From the NCBI GenBank assembly GCA_029762575.1, contig JARVGL010000003.1:1-55571 (forward strand): a stretch of 55,571 nt of DNA, read 5' to 3'. The stretch comes from Thermoplasmatota archaeon. Lineage in GTDB: Archaea; Thermoplasmatota; E2; DHVEG-1. Shown here in pieces: positions 22,715-32,092 of the stretch. Each line of letters opens with the position of its first letter. Position 1 is the first letter of the stretch. The notes below the pieces were generated by a model. It was given only the letters and a program-made list of their open reading frames with translations. It was not told the DNA's origin and ran no database searches. Made by a program: the position numbers and the translations under genes.

Positions 22715-22822
22715 TTAGCCGTTTTTCTTTTTTCTAAATGCAATAAAGAGAAAATACGCTAGGCTGCCATAGATGACGATGATGCCAACAAGAAGCATAA
22801 TAATCGCAGATACTGGTAGCAT
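22715..22822 (-). CDS. MetS-family small subunit of NSS transporter (35 aa)
   Basis: MLPVSAIIMLLVGIIVIYGSLAYFLFIAFRKKKNG single TM; TAATG overlap with NSS stop; AAGGAG RBS. Confidence 0.8.
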   Translation of the reverse strand: MLPVSAIIMLLVGIIVIYGSLAYFLFIAFRKKKNG

Positions 22823-24294
22823 TATACTATCTCCTTTTGTGATCTTTTCATAACAAGTATTGATAGAAGTATGATTGTCACAAGGGGTATGACCCCGACG
22901 AGTATTAAAACGAACCAGGGATAGTCCATGTAGGGATGAATGATGTTTTCGATGATAGAGAGCGCAAGAAGAAGGATGAGGACAGAAGGAATAATGAATT
23001 TGATGAGCACGAGCCACCAGTTTCCAATGTGAACCTCAGATGTTTTATTGGCATAGTTTTTAAGACCATGTAATGGTCCGAACCAGCCGATGAGGATACA
23101 TTCAACTAGACCCACTGCCACAAGTCCAAAGTTTGCAACGAAATGATCCATGAGCTGTAAAAGATAGAGTCCATTTCCAGCGGTAAAGAAAAGACTAAGA
23201 ACAAACCCGACAAAGCAAAGAATCGCGGTGATTTTTTCTTTTGTTATCTTGAAACGATGATTGATGCCTGCAGTGAGCGGTTCTATCATGGAGAATGCTG
23301 AATCGATTCCAAAAGTAAGTAGTGCGATATAGAATAGTATCCCAAAGATCGCTGCAGCAGCGGGGAGAAGGGAGATTGCTGTTGGATAGGTCACAAAGAC
23401 TAGAAAAGGACCTGCGATGCCAAGTTGATCGATACCGACGCCTTGGCTAGCTGCAAGATATCCAATGACAGAGAAGACGGTGAATCCTGCAAAAAACGAT
23501 GTTCCTGCGTCTGCAAGGGCAGTAATGATCGCGTTGTTGTTTATATCTGAGGTCTTTTTTAGATAGCTTGCATAGGTGATCATGATACCTTGTGCGACTC
23601 CTATGGAAAAGAATACTTGTGCATAGGCTGCTAGCCAGACATTAACATTTTTCAGAGCACTGAAATCTGGTGTAAGATAGTAGCTTATCCCGTCTATTGC
23701 CCCGGGTAATGTCATCCCTCGTATGGTAAGGATGAGAAGTAGTATCGTTGGTAATGGGACAGTGAGAAGGACTACTTTTCCTATGCGTTCAACTCCTTTG
23801 TAGAGGACAAGAAAGATCATCGTCCAAATAGCGATAAGTCCTAGTATTACAGGGATGCTCATGCCTCCGAATTCCAGTGGTCCTTCTGTCACCCTTAGGA
23901 ATGTGTGAAGGAAAAATGATTCCGTATTTGTTCCCCATCGAAGGTTTATAGCATAGATCATGTATGCAAAACACCACGCCATGATAACGACGTAATAGAT
24001 TGATACAAGAAACGGGATACATGATGCCCACCAACCGGTCCATTCCCATTTTTCGTTCATCTCTTTGAACGCAGCTGGAGGTGGTTTTTGTGACCAATGT
24101 CCTATTGTGAATTCGAGGATAAGAAGGGGGATGCCTGCGGTGAACAATGCGATGAAGAACGGAAGAAGAAATGCTCCACCTCCATTTGCATAACAGATAT
24201 AGGGGAATCTCCATACATTCCCAAGACCTATTGCAGAACCGACTGCCGCCATGATAAATGCAAGCCGAGAATTCCAATGTTCTTTTTGACTGAT
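22822..24294 (-). CDS. Sodium-dependent NSS/SNF family amino-acid transporter; conserved N-terminus begins at ATC 24294, first ATG is 24252
   Basis: EHWNSRLAFIMAAVGSAIGLGNVWRFPY, NGGGAF, QVFFS, GIDSAFS. Confidence 0.92.
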   Translation of the reverse strand: MSQKEHWNSRLAFIMAAVGSAIGLGNVWRFPYICYANGGGAFLLPFFIALFTAGIPLLILEFTIGHWSQKPPPAAFKEMNEKWEWTGWWASCIPFLVSIYYVVIMAWCFAYMIYAINLRWGTNTESFFLHTFLRVTEGPLEFGGMSIPVILGLIAIWTMIFLVLYKGVERIGKVVLLTVPLPTILLLILTIRGMTLPGAIDGISYYLTPDFSALKNVNVWLAAYAQVFFSIGVAQGIMITYASYLKKTSDINNNAIITALADAGTSFFAGFTVFSVIGYLAASQGVGIDQLGIAGPFLVFVTYPTAISLLPAAAAIFGILFYIALLTFGIDSAFSMIEPLTAGINHRFKITKEKITAILCFVGFVLSLFFTAGNGLYLLQLMDHFVANFGLVAVGLVECILIGWFGPLHGLKNYANKTSEVHIGNWWLVLIKFIIPSVLILLLALSIIENIIHPYMDYPWFVLILVGVIPLVTIILLSILVMKRSQKEIV

Positions 24295-24329
24295 CGGTAT
24301 TCCCCCAAGTATTGAAAGATTGCTAAACA

Positions 24330-24361
24330 GATTATTTTAATAAGGAAATGATTATTTTAAT
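24330..24361. repeat. 12-bp direct repeat GATTATTTTAAT, 20-bp period
   Basis: Copies at 24330-24341 and 24350-24361 between divergent NSS and EamA genes. Confidence 0.6.
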
Positions 24362-24465
24362 TTATTGGATTGATCTATTTTCGGTTTTTTTGTATGAAAA
24401 CTATTTATGCAACAGTAATATACGAGCAATGTCCCTTATCATGAAATGTTTTAAAGGCTGCGGTC

Positions 24466-25416
24466 ATGAGCGTTGCACAATCTTCAGATAAATCCTTAAA
24501 TGAATCTTCTGCGTTGTTCATGATCATCATCTCTGTCATCTTTTGGGCTTGTGCTTTTCCTTTAATCAAGGTTGGTCTGACAGGTTTATCGCCAGAAAAC
24601 CTTGCAATCCTCCGGTTGTTTCTCGCTTCTTTAATTTTTTTAGCATTCTATCTTTTAAGACCAACAATGTTCTCCCGATTAAATAGAAAAGACATCCCTG
24701 TTCTCTTTGTACTAGGTTTTACTGGAATATCTGTATATCACCTAGGTTTGAATTATGGTGAACAATTTGTTTCAGCAGGTGCTGCGAGTTTGATCATTGC
24801 AACGATACCTATCTATGTGGTCATTCTTGCGGTTATCTTTTTAAAAGAGCACGTATCACTTAAAATAGGTCTAGGGATTATTATTTCCCTAGTAGGCGTT
24901 GTGGTCATCTCTTTATGGGGTAATCCCGAGACCGTAATCGAGATCAACTATATCTTAGGTGCACTAGCGGTCGTTGTTGCTGCATTTGTCGGGTCAGTGT
25001 ATACGATCGTAGGGAAAAAACTCTTGCAGCGCTATAATGGTTTTTCATTGACAGCGTATGCGTTTCTCTTTGGTAATCTTGGCTTAATCGTCTTTGTTCG
25101 TGGGTCTCTCTTCGAAGAGGTTAGTTCATTGTCACTTGAGATATGGGCAGCGGTTATTTTTTTGGCATGTTTTCCAACGGTAATTGCGTATTCATTATGG
25201 TATATAGTGCTTCAAGTAAAATCAGCTTCAGAACTTAGCGTGTTCCTGTATATAACACCGATATTGTCAACATTGATTTCAACTCTCTTTTTTGGAGAGA
25301 AGATAACTATCTATTACATTTTAGGTGGAATCCTCATTATTGGTGGGTTGTATATTGTCAATAAAAAAAAGGGAAAACGTCAGTATGCACCTTCATTACG
25401 CGTGGATCAAGGCTGA
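24466..25416 (+). CDS. DMT/EamA family transporter
   Basis: FWACAFPLIK, LRL, FLKE, FFGE; about 10 TM helices. Confidence 0.9.
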   Translation: MSVAQSSDKSLNESSALFMIIISVIFWACAFPLIKVGLTGLSPENLAILRLFLASLIFLAFYLLRPTMFSRLNRKDIPVLFVLGFTGISVYHLGLNYGEQFVSAGAASLIIATIPIYVVILAVIFLKEHVSLKIGLGIIISLVGVVVISLWGNPETVIEINYILGALAVVVAAFVGSVYTIVGKKLLQRYNGFSLTAYAFLFGNLGLIVFVRGSLFEEVSSLSLEIWAAVIFLACFPTVIAYSLWYIVLQVKSASELSVFLYITPILSTLISTLFFGEKITIYYILGGILIIGGLYIVNKKKGKRQYAPSLRVDQG

Positions 25417-25471
25417 CCTAAATCTTTATTACTGTTTTCCTGTTCTCAGATTGGGTTCGATTATTGATTTT

Positions 25472-25556
25472 GCAGGGGTAGCCAAGCCAGGTCAACGGCG
25501 ACAGACTCAAGATCTGTTCCTGTAGAGGTTCGGGGGTTCAAATCCCTTCCCCTGCA
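25472..25556 (+). tRNA. tRNA-Leu (anticodon CAA), intronless, CCA not encoded
   Basis: Acceptor GCAGGGG/CCCCTGC plus A, anticodon arm ACAGA-CTCAAGA-TCTGT, long variable arm, T arm GGGGG-TTCAAAT-CCCTT, T-tract after. Confidence 0.97.
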
Positions 25557-25589
25557 CTTTTTTATATTCATAGTATATAATGTGTTATT

Positions 25590-25925
25590 ATGCAATATTA
25601 CAATGAAGAAATAATGAAAAATCTCAGATTGAAAATTGAAAAAGAAATCCTTAATTGGCCTGAGGTAACTACGAAAAAAATGTATGGTTGTCCCTGCTAT
25701 AAGCATAAAGAAAAATTATTTGCATTTCTTGTTACAGATGGTGTTGTTCTTACGAAAGCAAGTGAAAGGGACAAACTAGAATTGTCTAAGGAATTTCAGA
25801 TAAAACCTTTTCAAGCGGCAAATAGAACGATGAAAGGGTGGCCGCAGATACCAGTTGATGAGACGTCTGATCTTGGAAAAATCCTTGTATTCATAAAGAA
25901 TAGTTATGAAAATTCTAAAATCTGA
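25590..25925 (+). CDS. TfoX-N/YjbR-like small protein
   Basis: KKMYGCPCY...KLFAF, MKGW, terminal SYE pattern. Confidence 0.65.
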   Translation: MQYYNEEIMKNLRLKIEKEILNWPEVTTKKMYGCPCYKHKEKLFAFLVTDGVVLTKASERDKLELSKEFQIKPFQAANRTMKGWPQIPVDETSDLGKILVFIKNSYENSKI

Positions 25926-26219
25926 AAATATCTTCTATTTCTTTCATTGATCAATATCAACAGCTCAATTTTTGGAATATCACAAAAAAAACAGAACAGT
26001 GCTTTCCTTTTTCTGTAACTTTCTTTTCAATACTATTGGGTGAGTCATATTCGATTAATAACCTAACGGTATTAGATTTAGATAAGTTATCAGTTGGAAT
26101 ATTATTTGTTTTTGCGGTTGGAGCAGTATATAGGGTCATTATTGGTCTTATGGCCCAAGATATTGATCTCCAGAACTAGTAAGAATGATTTCGCAAGTGA
26201 GATGATCAAGTATAGCACT

Positions 26220-26996
26220 TCAAAAAGGGATCAACGGAAACAGTACGTAGAGGATTATATCTGCGGAGAAATGTGATATCATTGCTGATTCCAATCCTTT
26301 TTTCCAGTAAAGCCACCCAAAGATGACCCCGCCGATGCCGTTGAGCAAAATTGCACGAACAAGGATCAATGGGGTGATAGAGGTGATTGCTGCGGTAAAC
26401 GGAAGATGTACAATTCCAAAGAGAATAGCAGCAAGAAAAATGGCAAACCATACAAGACGATTTGTTGCTTTTTTATTTTCGGTTTTCTTTATTTTTAAAC
26501 ATATCCATATAATAAGGCTCATGAAGAATAATCGAAGCATTATCTCCTCATTTATAGCTCCATAGAATGATGCTAAGAACCCTTGCCAGACTGGTATAGC
26601 ATACGTTGTTAGATCTAAGTTTACATTTCCTAGACGGGATACAATGTAATCTCCAAGGAGTATTAGCACGCCTGCGATGATACCTAGTCCTATCGAGAGT
26701 CTCGTTATTGATCTAATAGAGGTTTTGACTTCTTTTTTTTCAATCAATCTTTCCAAAATGGGAGCTCCAAATCCGATTTTTTTTGATATGACTAGACCAA
26801 CTAATGTCAGCATGAAGAACATAATTGCACTTTGAACAATTGATAGAAGAATGATCACGGGGAAAGGAAGAGGGACTTGTTCCAAAAGGTCTTGTTGAAT
26901 TGTTAATGCAAAAGGCATTACAGCGATTACTCCGAAGATACTTGCTCCAAAGAGAATCAAAAACACTTTCCAATTTATTAATGAACCTCTTGTCAT
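26220..26996 (-). CDS. CPBP (Abi/Rce1-like) intramembrane glutamic endopeptidase
   Basis: EEIMLR, FGIVH, GWLYWKKGLESAMISHFSAD; GGTGA RBS. Confidence 0.9.
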   Translation of the reverse strand: MTRGSLINWKVFLILFGASIFGVIAVMPFALTIQQDLLEQVPLPFPVIILLSIVQSAIMFFMLTLVGLVISKKIGFGAPILERLIEKKEVKTSIRSITRLSIGLGIIAGVLILLGDYIVSRLGNVNLDLTTYAIPVWQGFLASFYGAINEEIMLRLFFMSLIIWICLKIKKTENKKATNRLVWFAIFLAAILFGIVHLPFTAAITSITPLILVRAILLNGIGGVIFGWLYWKKGLESAMISHFSADIILYVLFPLIPF

Positions 26997-27097
26997 TTTT
27001 CTTCACCTTGCGTAAAAGAGGTTGATATATTATCTTTTCTTAAATATGCTGCTTAGATGAAAAAACCGATGGTTTCAATACCCAAAAAGATTATTTT

Positions 27098-29029
27098 TTA
27101 AGGAAGGTAGTAAACTATCGAGTTATTCTTTATTTTTGACCATTTCTTATTGTTAATAAAAAACAATACTGCGATTACACTAAATATCATAAAATTAGCT
27201 CTTTCAAGATGCATAAATAAGCTAGGCGCCTCATCATAAAGTTCTGAATTGTAGAAACAATCTGAGGATAACAGATATGATAAAATAAGGGTGTCAAATC
27301 CTTCATTAAAATATCCCTGTGTTATATTGTAAGAACCTTGTTCAAATAACCGTTCAGCCTCTGGACAGGGGATGCCTGATGCATGGCATAGATCTATAGA
27401 AGTTTTTGTGATGTTCAATACTATTTGTATGAGCGAATCCTGTAATAACTCTGTATCTTGTATCTTCTGTAGTTCGAAAAAAGCCTCTTTCATTTGATAT
27501 AGACTCGTCGTATAGCTCTCATTATAGGTTTCCTTAAACAGGGATAATAGATCCTCTTGGGTCTGTTGCTCAAACACAGTAGCTATCTCTTTATAGATCT
27601 GAAGTAACATCCATGCTTGGTATTGCATTGAGATATCTGAAAGTGTTATGGCTAAAGCGACCTCTAAATTGTTATCAAGTGAGGTTACTGCCCACTGTTC
27701 AAGTCGATGGTTTTCAAAGAGAAACACGTTTTCTACGTCTTTAATGAGCGGTTGTAACGTGTCAAAATATGTTTGAGAGAGTTGTGAACATAGCACTGAT
27801 ACCTCACCAGTCTCATATGGTTCATAGATGTCAATATTACAGATATGAAAAGGGATAAAAATACTAGAATGGGCATGATTGGCAGCAAACCATCCATTCC
27901 CTAGAACATAGGGGTATTCTTTTGGTATCTTATAGATGGCTGATCCTTCGTAGATGAACTTGGGTTCACACATTGGTCGTAGACCTTTTAGCATTGATTC
28001 GTTCAATCGCGCCCACTCCATCATATCCTGAACGGTTATCGAACCAAGTGCTGGTTCAATGATCTGTTCCATTTGTCTTTGCCAGGCATGGTGCACTGTT
28101 TCAACATGGACCAATGCAGAAGATCCCTGTATATCTAGTACTGTAACACTATAGTCTCCAACTGTTTCTCGATTGCCAAGGGTTATAGTTACAGGATCTT
28201 TTATAAAGACAGGTTTTCCATTCTGGTAGGATATAAACGTAAAAAAAGGGATTTGTTTTGCACTAACGCTTGTATCAGTAACATTGGTAAACTGTATTCC
28301 TTGAAGTGAATTCAGAGTGATGATATTACCTTTCTTGACCAATTGCTGCTTTTCTATATCAAATGAGGCTGCGATGGGAAGCGTCCTAAAGAACTGAGTG
28401 TTCCATAGTTCTCTTGGATAATTTGAGATGACATCATATCCATTGACTATCTCTTTGATATGATAACGATACGCATCTGCTTCTACCACATATCCTTTGT
28501 CAGGTCCTAGGACAAAGAGATTTTCTGATACGCCGGGTGCATGTAACGTATCAACTACATCGTTTGTCAACAGTTCCACTGCTTCTTTTGTGGTTTCAGC
28601 TTGTTCACAAGCATATCTGATCCAGTCGAAATCATCCCAAGCATACTTAGTTGGGTTCACCCATCGTGAAAGAGAATCAGCATCTCCAAAAGCAAGCCCA
28701 GCATCAGTTAACACCATCCCAGATTTCACAATTGCCGGAGGGGTATCATTGCTGCTAGTGACCCCAATATACTTGTGAGCGGTAATGATGGAAATTTCTT
28801 CACCGGTCCATGGATGATGATACTCATACTGATATCCTTCTGGTATCATACAGAGCACTTGGTATCCTGGGCGGCTAGGATCACGGACTTTTAGAAGAAG
28901 GTTATATTCTCCCTCTGTTGCATTTCCGCAGACAATGATATCCTTACAAGCTGAGACATCTGGAAAGAAAAGTAGTAGGAGTACCATGGTGAAAAGAATC
29001 ATACTATTGCGTGCACATGTCTTTCCCAT
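27098..29029 (-). CDS. Secreted, C-terminally anchored Ntn-hydrolase (C69/C45-like)
   Basis: Signal peptide ending VSA directly before Cys (CKDIIVCGNATEG...LLKVRD); ACEQAETTKEAVELL; ISNY; SIFIPFH; C-terminal TM. Confidence 0.65.
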   Translation of the reverse strand: MGKTCARNSMILFTMVLLLLFFPDVSACKDIIVCGNATEGEYNLLLKVRDPSRPGYQVLCMIPEGYQYEYHHPWTGEEISIITAHKYIGVTSSNDTPPAIVKSGMVLTDAGLAFGDADSLSRWVNPTKYAWDDFDWIRYACEQAETTKEAVELLTNDVVDTLHAPGVSENLFVLGPDKGYVVEADAYRYHIKEIVNGYDVISNYPRELWNTQFFRTLPIAASFDIEKQQLVKKGNIITLNSLQGIQFTNVTDTSVSAKQIPFFTFISYQNGKPVFIKDPVTITLGNRETVGDYSVTVLDIQGSSALVHVETVHHAWQRQMEQIIEPALGSITVQDMMEWARLNESMLKGLRPMCEPKFIYEGSAIYKIPKEYPYVLGNGWFAANHAHSSIFIPFHICNIDIYEPYETGEVSVLCSQLSQTYFDTLQPLIKDVENVFLFENHRLEQWAVTSLDNNLEVALAITLSDISMQYQAWMLLQIYKEIATVFEQQTQEDLLSLFKETYNESYTTSLYQMKEAFFELQKIQDTELLQDSLIQIVLNITKTSIDLCHASGIPCPEAERLFEQGSYNITQGYFNEGFDTLILSYLLSSDCFYNSELYDEAPSLFMHLERANFMIFSVIAVLFFINNKKWSKIKNNSIVYYLP

Positions 29030-29145
29030 ACAATAAGATAAAAATATTTATCCAGCTATATAAAACATTGGTCTTGTTCTTCTACTCCTAAGCGGTTTGA
29101 TATGAGCAAATATATTTGTAACATGAATGTGCTTCTAGTGGCCTT

Positions 29146-30057
29146 GTGAACGAACGATTCATCCTCGTACGATATGGAGAACTAGCATTAAAGAAGAGAG
29201 AGACTAGGAGACATTTTGAAAACACTCTCAAAAGGAACATCACCTCCGCATTCGCAAGTCAACACATCGATTGCAGGATAGAGACAAGTTGGGGGAGATT
29301 GTTTGTACATACCTCCGATCTATCAAAGGGCATGAATATCCTTCAGCATATCTTTGGTATCACCTCAATTAGTCCAGTTGTCTTATCCTCTTCAGATCTT
29401 CGCGCTCTTTCAAAGGATCTCACCTCGTATCTTACTGGAAAGATCTATTCCAACGATTCCTTTGCATTGAGAGTGACTCGGGTAGGAACCCATACGTATA
29501 CAAGCCAGGAGGTAGCAGTTCAACTTGGTGATGATATTAGACATACTTTTTCAAACAGGGTGGATCTAAACAAACCGGATAATGAGATATTTATAGAGAT
29601 CCGTGATGACAAGGCTTATATCTATTTAGAAAAAATTCCTGGTCCTGGTGGAATGCCATTAGGCACGCAAGGACGGGTGTGTGCCGTTCTTAGATGTGAA
29701 GATGATGTTGTCGCATCTTGGTTCTTATTAAGACGTGGATGTTCCATGGTTTTTTTCCTTCTAGACCCAACTGTTGAGGATTCTCTGTCCCTTCTTACAG
29801 ATACATGGTTTGTTCCTTCAAAGATATACTACAAAACAAAAACACAGGATTCTTTAAAACATCTCGATTTATTTTTGGTCTCTCACCACTGTATAGCTCT
29901 TTGTACAGGTGATAGTTTTTCGAAGAAAAAGAAAGATCTGATGGGGGAGTTACATGATATGAAGAAAGGTATCTCTCGACCAATATTAACCCCGCTTATT
30001 ACAATGACTGTCGATGAAATAGAACAGAAAAAAGTATCCTTAGGCTTGAAACCATGA
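29146..30057 (+). CDS. THUMP-domain ThiI-like protein with degenerate PP-loop
   Basis: ILVRYGELALK, FGITSISP, SFALRVTR, VDLNKPD, GPGGMPLGTQGR; SGGIDS replaced by RCEDD. Confidence 0.85.
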   Translation: MNERFILVRYGELALKKRETRRHFENTLKRNITSAFASQHIDCRIETSWGRLFVHTSDLSKGMNILQHIFGITSISPVVLSSSDLRALSKDLTSYLTGKIYSNDSFALRVTRVGTHTYTSQEVAVQLGDDIRHTFSNRVDLNKPDNEIFIEIRDDKAYIYLEKIPGPGGMPLGTQGRVCAVLRCEDDVVASWFLLRRGCSMVFFLLDPTVEDSLSLLTDTWFVPSKIYYKTKTQDSLKHLDLFLVSHHCIALCTGDSFSKKKKDLMGELHDMKKGISRPILTPLITMTVDEIEQKKVSLGLKP

Positions 30058-30956
30058 ACATTGTCATATATGGAGCAGGGGCAATAGGATCCTTAATCGG
30101 CGCAAAGCTTTCAAGAAATAACAATGTCTTTCTCATCGGTCGAAAACCCCATATCGATGTTATCCGTTCGAAAGGATTGAACATCACTGGTAAAACAAAA
30201 TTTACTCAAACACTTCAAGCATCGGATAGTGTCTCTGATGTTACATTCAACGTGGACCTGTTGATACTAACTGTGAAATCCTATGATACACTTGATGCAA
30301 TGATACAAGCTAGACCACTAGTCTCGAAGGATACGATGGTGCTTACGTTACAAAATGGCCTAGATAATATTGAAAAGATCAAGACTGTGGTGCCTAAAGA
30401 ACAGATTCTAGCAGCTATCACTACACATGGTGTTGTTTTCAAAGAGCCCGGCAAGATCCATCATACAGGATTTGGACGTACGATACTAGGTGAACTTGAT
30501 GGGAAAAACACCCAACGTCTGGATACTCTAACTGACTTATTTAATAAGGCAAACATCCCAACAATAAAAAGCAACGATATCCTGAGAGATATCTGGCTGA
30601 AAGGTATCGTTAACTCTTCGATTAATCCTCTTACAGCACTCTTTACATGCAGAAATGGATATCTCAAAGAAAACCCTATCCTTTATCATCTGGTCCTTTG
30701 TCTCTGTGAGGAATCAGTTACTGTTGCTAGATGTATTGGATATCAATTCACGGCTAAAGAGTTGGCAGAACAAACATTCCAAGTGATCGATGAGACCGCT
30801 GAAAATTATTCATCGATGCTACAAAGCATCATACGAGGATCTAGAACAGAGATCGATTCAATTAACGGAATAATTGTAGCGAATGGAAAAAAGAATCATA
30901 TATCAGTTATGTTAAACGAAATCGTTTGCAATCTCATCAAACAACTGCATACATAA
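30054..30956 (+). CDS. panE: 2-dehydropantoate 2-reductase
   Basis: GAGAIG, VKSYD, LQNG, WLKGIVNSSINPLTA, SSMLQ, TEIDSING; ATGA overlap with upstream gene. Confidence 0.93.
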   Translation: MNIVIYGAGAIGSLIGAKLSRNNNVFLIGRKPHIDVIRSKGLNITGKTKFTQTLQASDSVSDVTFNVDLLILTVKSYDTLDAMIQARPLVSKDTMVLTLQNGLDNIEKIKTVVPKEQILAAITTHGVVFKEPGKIHHTGFGRTILGELDGKNTQRLDTLTDLFNKANIPTIKSNDILRDIWLKGIVNSSINPLTALFTCRNGYLKENPILYHLVLCLCEESVTVARCIGYQFTAKELAEQTFQVIDETAENYSSMLQSIIRGSRTEIDSINGIIVANGKKNHISVMLNEIVCNLIKQLHT

Positions 30957-31117
30957 AAAAAAACACATGTTTGCAAATATTTTCTCATTAATCTTTTAGC
31001 CGTAATACCATTTTTTTCGCTAAAATTTGATTATCCGATATCTTGGTACTATTTTTTATAATGATTATATCATACTATTTTTGTTGTGATTACAGAAGTT
31101 ATGGAGGTAGAAGGTTT

Positions 31118-32092
31118 TTGAAAATTTTTGTGACACGAAACATCCCTGAAAAAGGAATAAGGATGTTAGAGGAACAATATGAAGTTGAGATCAATCCGTA
31201 TAACCGTGTTCTTACAAAGACGGAGATCCTCAAAGGTGTAAAAGGGAAGGATGGTCTTCTTTGTTTACTTACCGACCACATTGATAAGGATCTCATTACT
31301 GCTGAACCACGGTTGAAGATGATTGCAAATTATGCGGTAGGTTACAATAATATAGATGTTCAGACTGCAACTATCCAGGGTATCCCTGTGAGCAATACAC
31401 CTGATGTGTTAACTGATACGACTGCAGAGATGGCCTGGGCTCTTGTATTTGCTGTTTCCAGACGTCTTATCGAAGGTGATACGTTTACAAGATCTGGAAA
31501 GTTTGACGGGTGGGCACCGATGTTGTTGCTTGGTCAAGATATTTCAAGAAAAACACTTGGAGTGATCGGTGCTGGACGGATTGGTACAGCGTTTGCATTG
31601 AAAAGCAAAGGGTTTGATATGAATGTACTCTATGTTGATGAAAAAAGAAACAAAGATCTTGAGAGACATCTTCATGCAAAAAACGTATCATTGGAACAGT
31701 GTTTACAGGAATCTGATGTGATCTCAGTTCATGTACCATTGAACTCAAAAACGCATCACCTTATCGGTGAAAAAGAATTAAAAATGATGAAGAAGACCGC
31801 TCTATTCATTAATACCTCTCGCGGACCGGTCGTTGATGAGGATGCATTGATACATGCATTACAAAATAAATGGATATATGGTGCAGGGCTTGATGTCTAT
31901 GAACATGAACCATCAATACCGATAAAATTACTAAGGTTAGAAAATGTTGTATTGCAGCCACATACTGCATCAGCAACGACAGAGACTCGAACGAACATGG
32001 CCATCATGGCTGCTGAGAATATGATAGCTGGTTTAAACGGTGGGATCCCCCCTAATTGTGTCAATCCTGAGGTATTCAAAAAAGCTATTTAG
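31118..32092 (+). CDS. gyaR: Glyoxylate reductase / D-glycerate dehydrogenase
   Basis: AVGYNNID, NTPDVLT, GAGRIG, INTSRG, GLDVYEHEP, PHTAS; TTG start 31118 after GGAGGT. Confidence 0.88.
   Translation: MKIFVTRNIPEKGIRMLEEQYEVEINPYNRVLTKTEILKGVKGKDGLLCLLTDHIDKDLITAEPRLKMIANYAVGYNNIDVQTATIQGIPVSNTPDVLTDTTAEMAWALVFAVSRRLIEGDTFTRSGKFDGWAPMLLLGQDISRKTLGVIGAGRIGTAFALKSKGFDMNVLYVDEKRNKDLERHLHAKNVSLEQCLQESDVISVHVPLNSKTHHLIGEKELKMMKKTALFINTSRGPVVDEDALIHALQNKWIYGAGLDVYEHEPSIPIKLLRLENVVLQPHTASATTETRTNMAIMAAENMIAGLNGGIPPNCVNPEVFKKAI

Noticed and set aside
22823-23017. 100-aa version of the small NSS subunit
   Set aside because: Lies inside the NSS gene; the 35-aa form has an RBS and a TAATG coupling
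25472-29029. Integrated element at tRNA-Leu
   Set aside because: No integrase and no duplicated tRNA 3' end seen in the window
31043-31117. Longer start of glyoxylate reductase
   Set aside because: Family similarity begins at TTG 31118, just after GGAGGT
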